64,000 nucleotides of DNA, taken from contig JAXCHI010000004.1 of NCBI GenBank assembly GCA_033977065.1, positions 352,001 to 416,000 of the forward strand. Direction: 5' to 3'. This DNA comes from Candidatus Algichlamydia australiensis. Its GTDB lineage: Bacteria > Chlamydiota > Chlamydiia > Chlamydiales > JAJFMI01. The position numbers were made by a program, and so were the translations under genes. Positions within the stretch are counted from its first letter, which is position 1, and every line of letters starts with the position of its first letter. Shown here one piece after another: positions 39,655 through 50,003 of this stretch. Below the pieces are notes generated by a model, which saw only the letters and a list, made by a program, of their open reading frames with translations, searched no databases and was not told the DNA's origin.

Positions 39655-40359
39655 CTATTTTTCCAATAAACCTGCAGCGGCAAGGTCGAGGATCCAAAGA
39701 GCTCTGCTCTCAGGAGTACCGATGAGCTGAGAAGGAAAGTTGTGCTCAGGTTCTGTAAAGACTTTTTTTATCATCTCTTTTTTTGAGTCTCCGAGTACAT
39801 AGAAGACGATGTTGCGAGCTCTGTTAATGCAGGGAAAGGTGAGAGTCATGCGCATGGTCTCTTTTTGCGGCACGTGATTGGGAAGAACTAAGCGCTCTTT
39901 TTCATTTAGTGCAGCAGTATTTGGAAAAAGGGAGGCGGTGTGACCATCTTCCCCCATTCCAAGCATTACGAGGTCAAGTGGAGCTGCTTGCATAAGTTTT
40001 TCATAGGCACGCGCGTTTGCTTCAATCTCTTTTTCTGCGACCATACGGTGGATTTGATTTTCTGGGATTGGGAGTTTGCTAAATCCTGCGTCCATGGCCA
40101 TTTTGTAATTGCTGTCAGGATGATCGGGAGAGACGGTGCGTTCATCCCCCCAAAAAAGGTGAACTTCAGACCAATCAATTTTATCTGCAAATTCTGTAGA
40201 GAGTTTTTGATAGATCGCCTTCGGTGTGGAACCACCTGAAAGGGCTACGCGAAAGCTGCCCCTATTTTGAATCGCTTCAGTTGCAGTTTTCACCCAATGC
40301 TCTACAGCAAAAGCTAGAGTCTCTTCTTTATTTCCTGGGAGGGTAGTGGTTGCATTCAT
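39655..40359 (-). CDS. pgl: 6-phosphogluconolactonase
   Basis: ALSGGSTP, WGDER and LGMGEDGHTASLFP. Confidence 0.96.
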   Translation of the reverse strand: MNATTTLPGNKEETLAFAVEHWVKTATEAIQNRGSFRVALSGGSTPKAIYQKLSTEFADKIDWSEVHLFWGDERTVSPDHPDSNYKMAMDAGFSKLPIPENQIHRMVAEKEIEANARAYEKLMQAAPLDLVMLGMGEDGHTASLFPNTAALNEKERLVLPNHVPQKETMRMTLTFPCINRARNIVFYVLGDSKKEMIKKVFTEPEHNFPSQLIGTPESRALWILDLAAAGLLEK

Positions 40360-41465
40360 AAAAGATCTTGGGGGTTGAGATGCTGAATTGCTTTTAGCGT
40401 GCGGAGAAAATGTTCCGATGTGCCATTGTGGCAGATTTCGCGAACGAGTGAGAGACCAGAGGCTTCACGCTCCATCAGTGTGTGTGTGGGCATTTCGCAG
40501 AGAGTTTCTGTTGAACATTCGGACTGGACTTCGTGAGGTTTGAGGGGGTTACGAACAAGGGTACACTGCTCTTTATTGGCAGTGGTGACCTCTATATTGA
40601 TAATTCTTCCAGGCGGAAGCTCTTTAATGGTTGTGGGGTGGAGATAGATTTGGATCGGCCCTTGACCATTCTCGTATGTGAAAGCAGCTTTCTTATCCTC
40701 TTTTGCTACTTTGACAAATTTCCACTCTAATTGGTGTGCAAGCCATGCTTGAAGATAGACTCCTTGTGTCTTATTGTGAGAAAAGCAGTCTGTTTCATAG
40801 CAGTTGTAGTGGATATGGATGCTATTAGAGCGCTTGAGCATCTCAAGCTTTTCTTGTGTGTGGAAGGTAGCGGCAAGAAGGTTGCGCCACCCTTCTAGCC
40901 TTGCCCAGTTGAGATCTGCAACATCTGCATCAAATTCTTCATGGTGAGAGAGAAGAGTTTTAGCAAAAAAAGGAAGATTCTCTGAGGTTTCAGAATCAAA
41001 GATGATGCGGCTCGAGATGTGCTCCAATTCTAGGCAGATGGGATCTTCTTTAGTGGGGTCATCACCGCGTACAAGGTAGACGGGGAGATCGGGCAAGATG
41101 TGTGGGAGAATTAAAAAGGGAATGCGCTCTTTTCGGCTGCGTGAGACTTCAATACGAATCAAATCACAAACAATTGAGCACTCTCCTTCATTGGCTGTTA
41201 AAACGGAGACGGAAGTTTGGAGTTTTTCAGTTTGATCTTCAGGGTCAAATTCTACAAAGATGATGCGTGAGGGGAACTTCTCAATAACTTTTTTGGCAAC
41301 ATCTTTGATATACTCTTCGCGCCGATTTTTCTCGCTGACAATGATGAGATTGAAAAGGCAAGCGCGCATCTTATTTGTGCCCTGAAGAGAGTCCCAGATT
41401 CTGGTGAGCTCGTTCTCAATTTCGCTTGGCGCTACTACTTGTTCTGTACTCATATCATCCGCCAC
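40356..41465 (-). CDS. opcA: Glucose-6-phosphate dehydrogenase assembly protein OpcA
   Basis: RACLFNLII, PSRII, LPDLPVYL, RIIFDS and DLNWARL; lies between zwf and pgl. Confidence 0.88.
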   Translation of the reverse strand: MADDMSTEQVVAPSEIENELTRIWDSLQGTNKMRACLFNLIIVSEKNRREEYIKDVAKKVIEKFPSRIIFVEFDPEDQTEKLQTSVSVLTANEGECSIVCDLIRIEVSRSRKERIPFLILPHILPDLPVYLVRGDDPTKEDPICLELEHISSRIIFDSETSENLPFFAKTLLSHHEEFDADVADLNWARLEGWRNLLAATFHTQEKLEMLKRSNSIHIHYNCYETDCFSHNKTQGVYLQAWLAHQLEWKFVKVAKEDKKAAFTYENGQGPIQIYLHPTTIKELPPGRIINIEVTTANKEQCTLVRNPLKPHEVQSECSTETLCEMPTHTLMEREASGLSLVREICHNGTSEHFLRTLKAIQHLNPQDLL

Positions 41466-42973
41466 TTTCTTCCATCTTGTTCTAGCATTTGATCAGCTGC
41501 TTTTGGTCCCCAGCTGCCCGCTTCGTAGTTAGGAAATTCTTTAGGAGTTGTCTCTGCCCAGTAATTGAGCAGGGGAGTGAAGAGTTTCCACGACTCAATC
41601 ACTTCATCCTGTCTTGCAAAAAGCGTATTATCTCCTAACATACAGTCACAAATCAATCTCTCATACGCTTCCGGTGGAGCCAAGCCAAAAAATGAGCCGT
41701 AACGAAAGTCCATCGTAACCGGTTGTACAGGACTTGCTGGTCCGGGAACTTTCGTATTAATTTTTAGCGCAATGCCCTCATTTGGTTGAATACGAATAGC
41801 AAGGACATTAGAGCCTGTCATCTTAAATAATGCACCAGGCGGATCTTTAAAAGTTACAGCAATTTCCGTGCAGCGCTTTGGAAGACGCTTGGCCCCGCGC
41901 AGGTAGAAAGGAACTCCGGACCAGCGCCAATTTTCAATTTGAAAGCGAATGGCAGCAAATGTCTCTACCTGCGAATTAGAGTTGACATTATCCTCTTCAC
42001 GATAGCCTTTGACCTCTTCGCCACCAACAAAACCTCTCCCATACTGCCCACGCACAGCATATTTCTCCATATCCTCTTGGGTAAACGGACGGATTGATTC
42101 CAAAACTTTTACCTTCTCATCATGAATTGAGGCGGGCTCTAAGTTAGCAGGAGGTTCCATTGCAACAAGAGAGAGCAGCTGCATCATGTGATTTTGCATG
42201 ATATCGCGCACTAAACCCTCTTCTTCATAGAATTTCCCACGTGTACCAATGCCTATATCTTCACTCACAGTGAATTGAACATGGTCGATGTAGCGATTGT
42301 TCCAAAGATTCTCAAAAATAGAGTTAGCAAAACGAAAGACAAGCAAATTCTGCGCTGTCTCTTTTCCAAGGTAGTGATCAATGCGGTAGAGCTGTTTTTC
42401 AGATAAATTTTTCATCAATTCATCTTGCAGAGCTAATGCTGAATCTAGATCGTGTCCAAACGGTTTTTCAATAATCACGCGTGACCATTTACTCTTCTCT
42501 TTTTTCTCATCGTAGAGAAGATTGTGCTGTTTTAATTTAGCAATGATCTTTGGAAAAAAGTTGGGTTGGGTGGAGAGGTAAAAAACGCGATTTCCCTTTG
42601 TCCCATACTGCGCATCAAGTTGCTGTAAAAACTCCCCAAACGCTTTGTATCCTTCATCATCATCAAATTCTGACTTGTGATAAAAAATCTGTTTCTGAAA
42701 GTTTCCCCAAAGATCCTCATCAATCGGCTTAACCCGTGAGTGTTTGGCAATGCCCTCTTTCATCTCATCGCGAAAAACTTCATGCGTTTTTTCACGGCGC
42801 GCAAATCCTACACAAGCAAATTGAGCGGGTAGTTGGCTCTCACGTTTCAAATTATAAATAGCTGGCATGAGCTTGCGAGCAGTTAAATCGCCCGTTGCTC
42901 CGAAGATTACAAGGATACAAGGGTCCAAGCTTTTGCTTTGCTGGCCCTCCTCCTCTAAAGGGTGGTCTATCAT
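41450..42973 (-). CDS. zwf: Glucose-6-phosphate 1-dehydrogenase
   Basis: GATGDL, EKPFG, RIDHYLGKE and QNHMMQ. Confidence 0.98.
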   Translation of the reverse strand: MIDHPLEEEGQQSKSLDPCILVIFGATGDLTARKLMPAIYNLKRESQLPAQFACVGFARREKTHEVFRDEMKEGIAKHSRVKPIDEDLWGNFQKQIFYHKSEFDDDEGYKAFGEFLQQLDAQYGTKGNRVFYLSTQPNFFPKIIAKLKQHNLLYDEKKEKSKWSRVIIEKPFGHDLDSALALQDELMKNLSEKQLYRIDHYLGKETAQNLLVFRFANSIFENLWNNRYIDHVQFTVSEDIGIGTRGKFYEEEGLVRDIMQNHMMQLLSLVAMEPPANLEPASIHDEKVKVLESIRPFTQEDMEKYAVRGQYGRGFVGGEEVKGYREEDNVNSNSQVETFAAIRFQIENWRWSGVPFYLRGAKRLPKRCTEIAVTFKDPPGALFKMTGSNVLAIRIQPNEGIALKINTKVPGPASPVQPVTMDFRYGSFFGLAPPEAYERLICDCMLGDNTLFARQDEVIESWKLFTPLLNYWAETTPKEFPNYEAGSWGPKAADQMLEQDGRKWRMI

Positions 42974-43106
42974 AGCCCCTTTTTACCTTCTGTAAGGGAT
43001 TAGTTTCAAGTGATATAGGAACCTTTTAAATAAGCGAAAATTACAATTAACATTTAATTAATATTGTGGTATAATATTATTAATTATATTTTATTTTATA
43101 TTAATT

Positions 43107-44516
43107 ATGAGTTTAGAATTAAGTCTTTGTGGAACAAAACGACCAGCAATAGCAGATATTTCTCCTGCTCCTAAAAAAGAAAAAAACGATTTTTTGAAGC
43201 GAATATCTGCTCTTGTAGCAACGGGAATTACACGGATCGAAGAACTTAGGGGAGAGAGAATGCCTCTTAACCAAAAAACCATTTTTCAAATTTTAAGCAG
43301 GCCCTGCGTTGATAAATTTGGCCCTGAACTAGCATGGATGAATACAAATGCGACAAATCTATGGGAGCTCTTTGAAGAGGTTCTTATCGATCAAAATCGA
43401 GAAGTTGCGTTGTTTATGGTGAACAGCAGCAACACTATACAAACTGCGATTAGCTCAGAGATTTCAAAAGGAAATCAGGAATTGTTGGATTTATTTATAA
43501 AAATGAAGTTTTTTCCGATTGATTCGGTTAATTCTAGAATCACTTTACTCCACTCTGCAGCTACATGTGATGAAACAGAAGGAGTAAAAAAACTTCTTGA
43601 ACAAGGTTTTGATATCAACGCGAAAGACGAACGGGGAGAAACAGTTCTTCACTATGCAGTAAAATCATGCCAATTAAACACAATACAAGTCTTGATCAGC
43701 TCTCTACCGGAACTCGACATCAACGCAGCTGATATTGACGGAAATACTGCTCTTCATATGGCTGTTTTTGGAAGAGATTTTCAAACTATTAAAGATCTAC
43801 TTCGCCACGGTGCAGATCCATCACGTTTCAATAAAAAGGGAGAATCTCCACTTTTTCTGGCGATAAAAAACCAAGATAGACAACTAATGGAGGCGCTTTT
43901 TCACAGCGGTGACGAAAGAATTTTAGTAAGCCGCTCTGATGATCTGATGACTCCTACTCAATATGCGGTCTTAGTTAGATCTCTTCCTGCGCTTGTTTTT
44001 CTAAATGATTATGGTCTGGTTGATCTCTCTTCTTGCCAAAGTGGATGCGACCCTCTTTATCAACTTCTGATAAGCGATTATTTTTCAGAAGAGTCATTTT
44101 TTCATCTTTGGGATGGCAAGTTTGACTTAACAAAAAAAATGCCTGTGAGTTGGAATGATGAAGAGGAGACAACCTATTTGCATCAAATTGTTAAAAGGCG
44201 ATTTACCAAAGTTTTGGAGCTCTTCTCTATGGAGAGCAAAAAGTCAAAACCGCTCTTAAATTACCTGGCAAGGCGAGAATTAGGAGAAAAAAACGCATTT
44301 AATCTTGTAAATCCGTTTTCAATTCGAAATGAGTGGGGAGATACCCTTCTACATACAGCAGTGCGTACTCGTGACAAAGCAACAATCGAAGTGGTTCTTC
44401 GAGCTAATAGAGATTCTGCTTTTGTAAAAAACTCTCGTAGGAAGAGGCCTACTGATCTATTGGGTCGAAACTATGAGGAGCTGAAAAGTTGGCTTCAAGC
44501 CAAGATTGAAGGATGA
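43107..44516 (+). CDS. Ankyrin-repeat protein
   Basis: GETVLHYA, GNTALHMA, GESPLFLA and GDTLLHTA repeats. Confidence 0.92.
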   Translation: MSLELSLCGTKRPAIADISPAPKKEKNDFLKRISALVATGITRIEELRGERMPLNQKTIFQILSRPCVDKFGPELAWMNTNATNLWELFEEVLIDQNREVALFMVNSSNTIQTAISSEISKGNQELLDLFIKMKFFPIDSVNSRITLLHSAATCDETEGVKKLLEQGFDINAKDERGETVLHYAVKSCQLNTIQVLISSLPELDINAADIDGNTALHMAVFGRDFQTIKDLLRHGADPSRFNKKGESPLFLAIKNQDRQLMEALFHSGDERILVSRSDDLMTPTQYAVLVRSLPALVFLNDYGLVDLSSCQSGCDPLYQLLISDYFSEESFFHLWDGKFDLTKKMPVSWNDEEETTYLHQIVKRRFTKVLELFSMESKKSKPLLNYLARRELGEKNAFNLVNPFSIRNEWGDTLLHTAVRTRDKATIEVVLRANRDSAFVKNSRRKRPTDLLGRNYEELKSWLQAKIEG

Positions 44517-44892
44517 CAACAGCACTAAGCGCGTCTACGTTTTGCGCGCGCTTTTTGCGATTGATTCCGGCACGCCCCATCTCTTTTTCTACAAGAGTTG
44601 AGGTTAAGCGCTCATCAATAAGATGAACTCTCTTTCCTGAAACTTCCTCTAAAAGTTTTGCAAACAGGCGCACCTCTTTGGACATCTCGCTCTCATTTCC
44701 TGAGAGATGGAGAGGTAGACCAACAACAAAAGCTTCAAAAGGATCTTCAAGAGAAGAAAGAATTTTTTGAATCGAATCCTTATGCTCCTTTTCTGCTTTG
44801 ATTGTAGGAAGAGGGGACGCAAGAATCCCCATTGGATCGGATTTGGCAATCCCAATTCGCGCTCTGCCGTAGTCAATGCCAATGTATCTCAT
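44449..44892 (-). CDS. ruvX: YqgF/RuvX pre-16S rRNA nuclease
   Basis: GIDYGRARIGIAKSD, VVGLP, DERLTS and VDALSA. Confidence 0.95.
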   Translation of the reverse strand: MRYIGIDYGRARIGIAKSDPMGILASPLPTIKAEKEHKDSIQKILSSLEDPFEAFVVGLPLHLSGNESEMSKEVRLFAKLLEEVSGKRVHLIDERLTSTLVEKEMGRAGINRKKRAQNVDALSAVVILQSWLEANFSAPHSFDPIDQ

Positions 44893-44939
44893 GGCAAAAA
44901 GTCTAACACACTTATCAATTTTTTGCTACAATTCGCAAT

Positions 44940-46508
44940 ATGGGTACATTTGAGAATCAAAGAAAAGAGTATAAACCTACTCTTCCTGCAGTATTAAAAA
45001 ATTTAAAAGAGCTTCACTTCAAAGAGGTCATGAATGTCGACCACGACGAAGAGATTAAAGAGCGTTTCCCACTCAGTAGCCATGATGCCCTTTTAAGGGC
45101 AGAGGTGGGTGATGAGACCAAAACAAAAAGTTTAAAAGTTGGAGTAGTCTTTTCAGGTGGTCAAGCATCAGGAGGACACAATGTGATCACGGGTCTCTTT
45201 GATGGTCTTAAGAAATTGAATGAGAACTCTGAACTCATCGGATTTTTAGGTGGTCCCAGCGGTATCATAGAAAATCGCACAAAAAAGTTAGATGAGGAGT
45301 TGCTTCAAGAATTTCGCAATATGGGCGGATTTGACCTCATTGGATCGGGGCGCACAAAAATTGAAACAGATGAGCAGTTTGCCAGCTCCCTTGAAACAGT
45401 TAAAAAGCTAGAACTCAATGGCCTTGTGATTATTGGCGGTGATGACTCCAATACGAATGCAGCCCTACTTGATGAGTATCTTCGCAAACATGAAATCGAT
45501 TGCAAGGTTGTGGGTGTGCCCAAAACCATCGATGGCGATCTGCAAAATGAGTGGGTCCAGATCTCTTTTGGATTTGATAGTGCCTGCCGCGTCTACAGTG
45601 AGATGATTGGCAATATTGAGCGCGATTGCCTCTCTGCAAAAAAGTATACGCACTTTGTAAAATTGATGGGACGCTCCGCTTCTCATATCGCTTTGGAATG
45701 TGCGCTTGCTACACAACCTAATAAAACCATTATTGGAGAAGAGGTAGCACGAGATGAAAAGACACTTTCGCAAATCACCTACGAAATCGCCTCCCTCATT
45801 GAAAAGCGCTCAGCCAAAGGCAAAGACTATGGCGTCATCCTTATCCCAGAAGGTCTCATTGAGTTTATCCCAGAAGTTAAGGCTCTTATTGCAGAGATCA
45901 ATAAATTGATCGCCTCAGGGGAGCAAAATCCGGAAACCAAACTTTCTGAAAAGTGCCAAGCTACTTTTTCCTACCTTCCGGAGCGCATCCAGAAACAGCT
46001 TCTGTTAGAGCGTGATCCTCATGGTAATGTGCAAGTCTCTAAGATCGACACACAAGAACTTTTAATTGAAACCGTTACTAATGAAATAAAAAAACATCGC
46101 GATTTTAAAGGAAAATTTAACCCTGTAAGTCATTTTTTTGGCTACGAGGGCCGCGCAGGCTATCCCACGAACTTTGATGCAACTTATTGCTATGCATTGG
46201 GGCAGACAGCCGCTCTTTTAATCGAGGAGGGTCACTCTGGTTTTATGGCGGCACTTGGCGGGTTGACCAAACCTCCAGAGGAGTGGGAACCTCTTGGAGT
46301 CCCTATCACAAGCTTAATGCACTTTGAAATGCGAAAAGGCAAAAGAAAACCTGTAATCTCAAAAGCATTGGTTGATCTTTCAGGAAAAGCCTTCCGCCGC
46401 TTTGCAGAAAAACGCTCTGAGTGGGCGATGAACGACGCGTATCTTTTTCCTGGGCCGACACAGTATAGCGGTGATGAGACCCTTTTGCCGCCCCACATTA
46501 TCGAATAA
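44940..46508 (+). CDS. pfp: Pyrophosphate-dependent phosphofructokinase
   Basis: SGGQASGGHN, GGDDSNTNA, PKTIDGD and LMGRSASH. Confidence 0.95.
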   Translation: MGTFENQRKEYKPTLPAVLKNLKELHFKEVMNVDHDEEIKERFPLSSHDALLRAEVGDETKTKSLKVGVVFSGGQASGGHNVITGLFDGLKKLNENSELIGFLGGPSGIIENRTKKLDEELLQEFRNMGGFDLIGSGRTKIETDEQFASSLETVKKLELNGLVIIGGDDSNTNAALLDEYLRKHEIDCKVVGVPKTIDGDLQNEWVQISFGFDSACRVYSEMIGNIERDCLSAKKYTHFVKLMGRSASHIALECALATQPNKTIIGEEVARDEKTLSQITYEIASLIEKRSAKGKDYGVILIPEGLIEFIPEVKALIAEINKLIASGEQNPETKLSEKCQATFSYLPERIQKQLLLERDPHGNVQVSKIDTQELLIETVTNEIKKHRDFKGKFNPVSHFFGYEGRAGYPTNFDATYCYALGQTAALLIEEGHSGFMAALGGLTKPPEEWEPLGVPITSLMHFEMRKGKRKPVISKALVDLSGKAFRRFAEKRSEWAMNDAYLFPGPTQYSGDETLLPPHIIE

Positions 46509-46509
46509 A

Positions 46510-47127
46510 ATGTTGACTTTCTTACGATACCGCTTAGGAGAGCTTGTGCGCGAAAGACAAATTCGCAAGCTCTATCCGGAGCTACCTGCATTTGCAGCAC
46601 TTGATCGCAAACTCAAACGCGCCTACCGCTATCGCAACTCCTTTGCAATTGCGCGCAAATTCCACGGCACCCCCTGCTATGGCGAAACCCCATTGCCCAT
46701 CCTAAAAAATATTGCAAAGAGGTGTGGCTTGAAAAAAGAGGATCATCTTTTTGAATTAGGAGCGGGGAGGGGACGCGGCGCTTTTTTCATAAACTCCCTG
46801 ACTGGCTGTCAGGTCACGGCAGTGGAAATTGTTCCCACGTTTGTAGAGATTGGGAAAGAGCTTGCCCCCTCATCTGTTAACTTTATCCAAGAAGACTTTC
46901 TTGACTGCGACTTTTCGGAAGCGACCTGTATCTATCTGTCAGGGACTATGCTTACGCGAGATACTATCCGTAGACTTTGCAAAAAACTACAAAATAGCAA
47001 AGCAAAAATTATCTCTGTGAGTTATCCGTTAAAAGCTTACGACTCTCGCTTTACAACCTTGAGCAGTTGGGAAGAAAAATTTCCTTGGGGTAAAACAAAA
47101 CTCTATCTTCAAAAATCCTCTACTTGA
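46510..47127 (+). CDS. SAM-dependent methyltransferase
   Basis: YGETP, ELGAGRGR motif I and FPWG C-terminus. Confidence 0.85.
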   Translation: MLTFLRYRLGELVRERQIRKLYPELPAFAALDRKLKRAYRYRNSFAIARKFHGTPCYGETPLPILKNIAKRCGLKKEDHLFELGAGRGRGAFFINSLTGCQVTAVEIVPTFVEIGKELAPSSVNFIQEDFLDCDFSEATCIYLSGTMLTRDTIRRLCKKLQNSKAKIISVSYPLKAYDSRFTTLSSWEEKFPWGKTKLYLQKSST

Positions 47128-47139
47128 TACTTTTTAATT

Positions 47140-47787
47140 ATGGCGAAAGTAGCAGTAATTCTCTCAGGTTGTGGGTATCTTGATGGAGCGGAGATCCATG
47201 AGTCTGTTCTCTCCCTTCTTGTTTTGGAACAGAAAGGGCATACCTACCAATGTTTTGCACCTGATATTGTGCAAAAAAAAGTAATCAATCACCTTACTCA
47301 AGAGGAGGTGCTGGGGCAAAAGCGCAATGTCTTAGAAGAGTCGGCGCGCATTGCACGGGGCAGAGTTCTGCCTCTTGCCGATTTAAAGGCGGACAGTTTT
47401 GATGCGGTGATGTTTCCTGGTGGATTTGGTGCAGCGCTGAACTTAAGCGACTTTGCTGAATTGCAAGAGAGTTGCTCGCTGCATCCAGATGTAAAAGTTT
47501 TATTGCATCAGTTTCACGAAGAGAAAAAGCCTATTTTAGCTACATGCATTAGTCCAGCTCTGCTTGCGCGTGCATTTTCAGGAAAACAAGAACTAAAAAT
47601 GACTTTGGGTAGCGATCCGAGCAGTTGTGAGCTTCTTAAGAGGATGGGGATGAAGGCAGAGAGAAAAAAGATAGATGAGGCATGCTTTGATGAGGCCAAC
47701 CGTATCTACACAACTCCTTGCTACATGGAGCCAGATGATCTAACCGGCTTGTACAAGGGTATTTGCTTAATCGTAGACAAACTCTAA
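47140..47787 (+). CDS. elbB: ElbB/ES1 family glyoxalase (DJ-1/PfpI)
   Basis: LSGCGYLDGAEIHE, RNVLEESARIARG, PGGFGAA and CISP. Confidence 0.93.
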   Translation: MAKVAVILSGCGYLDGAEIHESVLSLLVLEQKGHTYQCFAPDIVQKKVINHLTQEEVLGQKRNVLEESARIARGRVLPLADLKADSFDAVMFPGGFGAALNLSDFAELQESCSLHPDVKVLLHQFHEEKKPILATCISPALLARAFSGKQELKMTLGSDPSSCELLKRMGMKAERKKIDEACFDEANRIYTTPCYMEPDDLTGLYKGICLIVDKL

Positions 47788-48060
47788 ATAGTTTGTTTTC
47801 TAATCTCAATTTTTTCGCAAAAATTGGGAGTTGAATTTTGCAAGTGGTTAAATATCAGAAAGATCAATAGAAAAGCAATTTTTGCAACCACCAAACTCTT
47901 CGACAGGGTCGTCTTCACCGACCATTTTGCAAGGTGTACAACCAAGAAATAATAGAAAAAATAGGGCTAATCGCTTCATGTCTTCTACATAGCTTTTATT
48001 TGGATTTAATTAAAGATTTGTCGGTTGATTGCGGTTGAAGAAATCGTTACAATGGTTGCT

Positions 48061-49665
48061 ATGCGTAGGAAAACAAGAGAAATTTTAGTAGGCAATGTGG
48101 GTGTTGGAGGGGGGAATCCTGTCCGCATTCAGTCGATGACAACCTCCCCAACAGATGATGTTAAGGCGACTGTTGATCAAATTTTGCGTCTTGAGGAGGT
48201 AGGCTGTGAGATTGCGCGGGTCACTGTCCAAGGGAAGAAGGAGGCGCGAGCTTGCGAGAATATTAAAAATTCTTTAATTCAAAAGGGGTCTCGTATCCCT
48301 CTTGTTGCAGACATCCATTTCTATCCTCCAGCTGCGATGCTAGTTGCGGACTTTGTTGATAAGGTGCGTGTCAATCCGGGTAACTATCTCGATCGGCGTG
48401 CTACATTTAGAAACGACGCGGCATTTGATGATCAAGCATATATCGAAGAGGGGTTTTCTCCGCTGGTTTTAAAGTGCAAGAGTTTGGGGCGTGCAATGCG
48501 AATTGGCACAAATCACGGCTCTTTATCTGATCGCATTATGTGTAAATATGGCGATACTCCTCAAGGAATGGTGGAGTCAGCTATCGAATATGCAAAGGTC
48601 TGCCGCACGCATGACTATCATAATTTTCTTTTTTCAATGAAATCCTCAAATCCTCTGATAATGATTCAGGCGTATCGTCTGTTGGTACAGAGAATGGATG
48701 AGCTAAGTTGGGATTATCCTCTCCATCTGGGCGTAACTGAAGCTGGTGATGGTGAAAATGGACGTATCAAGTCTGCTGTTGGAATTGGCGCGCTGCTTTT
48801 AGAAGGTCTAGGTGACACAATTCGTGTTTCTCTTACCGAAGATCCTTGGTTAGAGATCGATTCCTGCAAACGGCTTCGCGATTTTGCAGAAAAATCGGAA
48901 AAAAGACGCGCAAAGTGGGGTGAGATTCCTGTTCGTCAAAAATTAGAGGATCCCTACCTCCATCCTGATGGCTCCGTGGTTGCGCATGTTTCAAAAGAAG
49001 ATTTAGAACGCCCCGACTTTTTTGAAGCGATTGGGTGTGATCTCTATCTAGGGCGGCCGCAGAAAGGAGAGTTTTGTGCAGATGCGATCTATGTTGAAAA
49101 GATTGATAAGGAGAAAAAGACGTTGCTTGAGACAGCAGGTATTGGCGTTTTTACGACTCCTCACCCTGCGATTTTGCACTACGCCTCTGACGTCTCTTAT
49201 GAGGATTTGCTAATTCAAGCAAGCGCGAAAGTGGGCGCTATTTTAGCTGATGGCATTGGACATGGAGTCTGTATTGAAGGCTCTTATCCTCTCGAAAAAA
49301 AGATCGATTTTTCTTTTAAACTCTTGCAAGCGTGCCGGATGCGCGCCACTAAGACAGAATTTATCTCTTGCCCAAGTTGTGGAAGGACACTTTTTGACTT
49401 GCAGGAAGTGACACAGAAGATTCGCGAGCGTACAGACCACTTGCCAGGTGTAAAAATTGCAATTATGGGCTGTATTGTCAACGGTCCTGGTGAGATGGCA
49501 GATGCGCACTTTGGCTATGTTGGCTCCGGTAAAGGAAAAATTGATCTCTATGTGGGTAAAGAGCGTGTAGAGAAGGGGATTCCAGAAGGAGAGGCTGTGG
49601 ATAGACTGATTGCTCTGATCCAATCGCATGGAATGTGGGTGGAACCCCTTGTATTAAATTCTTGA
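48061..49665 (+). CDS. ispG: 4-hydroxy-3-methylbut-2-enyl diphosphate synthase
   Basis: RIQSMT, VADIHF, RIGTNHGSL, CPSCGRT and MGCIVNGPGE; start at MRRKTRE is supported by TTGATT-17-TACAAT-7-ATG. Confidence 0.96.
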   Translation: MRRKTREILVGNVGVGGGNPVRIQSMTTSPTDDVKATVDQILRLEEVGCEIARVTVQGKKEARACENIKNSLIQKGSRIPLVADIHFYPPAAMLVADFVDKVRVNPGNYLDRRATFRNDAAFDDQAYIEEGFSPLVLKCKSLGRAMRIGTNHGSLSDRIMCKYGDTPQGMVESAIEYAKVCRTHDYHNFLFSMKSSNPLIMIQAYRLLVQRMDELSWDYPLHLGVTEAGDGENGRIKSAVGIGALLLEGLGDTIRVSLTEDPWLEIDSCKRLRDFAEKSEKRRAKWGEIPVRQKLEDPYLHPDGSVVAHVSKEDLERPDFFEAIGCDLYLGRPQKGEFCADAIYVEKIDKEKKTLLETAGIGVFTTPHPAILHYASDVSYEDLLIQASAKVGAILADGIGHGVCIEGSYPLEKKIDFSFKLLQACRMRATKTEFISCPSCGRTLFDLQEVTQKIRERTDHLPGVKIAIMGCIVNGPGEMADAHFGYVGSGKGKIDLYVGKERVEKGIPEGEAVDRLIALIQSHGMWVEPLVLNS

Positions 49666-49695
49666 AAATCGCAACTTTGGGAAAAAGGAGTTCCC

Positions 49696-49875
49696 ATGAG
49701 TAGTGAAGTTTCAGGTGCAGGTGGCTCGCAAGGCCCACAAAATATTAATCAAAACGAAGAGCTGTCCAACAACCAACCTGTTGGAACTAAGGAGGCTGCA
49801 ACTGCTGCCACAGTTATTGGATCAGCAATTGATGCTTTTATTGCTCCAATGATGGAAGCAAAAGAACAATTATAA
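49696..49875 (+). CDS. Small protein (59 aa), not in ORF track
   Basis: AAGGAG SD; MSSEVSGAGGSQGPQNINQNEELSNNQPVGTKEAATAATVIGSAIDAFIAPMMEAKEQL*. Confidence 0.72.
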   Translation: MSSEVSGAGGSQGPQNINQNEELSNNQPVGTKEAATAATVIGSAIDAFIAPMMEAKEQL

Positions 49876-50003
49876 TAAGTTTTATGTTATTGTAATTATG
49901 TAGGGGTTGTAAGAACTACTTGTTTAGTTCCGCTCTGGTTGACCCGTCTTCTAATTAGAAGCGTGATTGGAATTTTCTTTCCTATCTATTTTTGCTAGAG
50001 TAA

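Noticed and set aside
47788..48020. ncRNA or further repeat between elbB and ispG
   Set aside because: Only a weak AT-rich hairpin near 47804-47829 and short TTTTGCAA repeats; no second copy or convincing fold.
48025..48060. Longer ispG start (TTG 48025); similar extensions for tsaD (37670) and sod (58004)
   Set aside because: The extensions coincide with promoter elements, and the conserved sequence begins at the downstream ATG.
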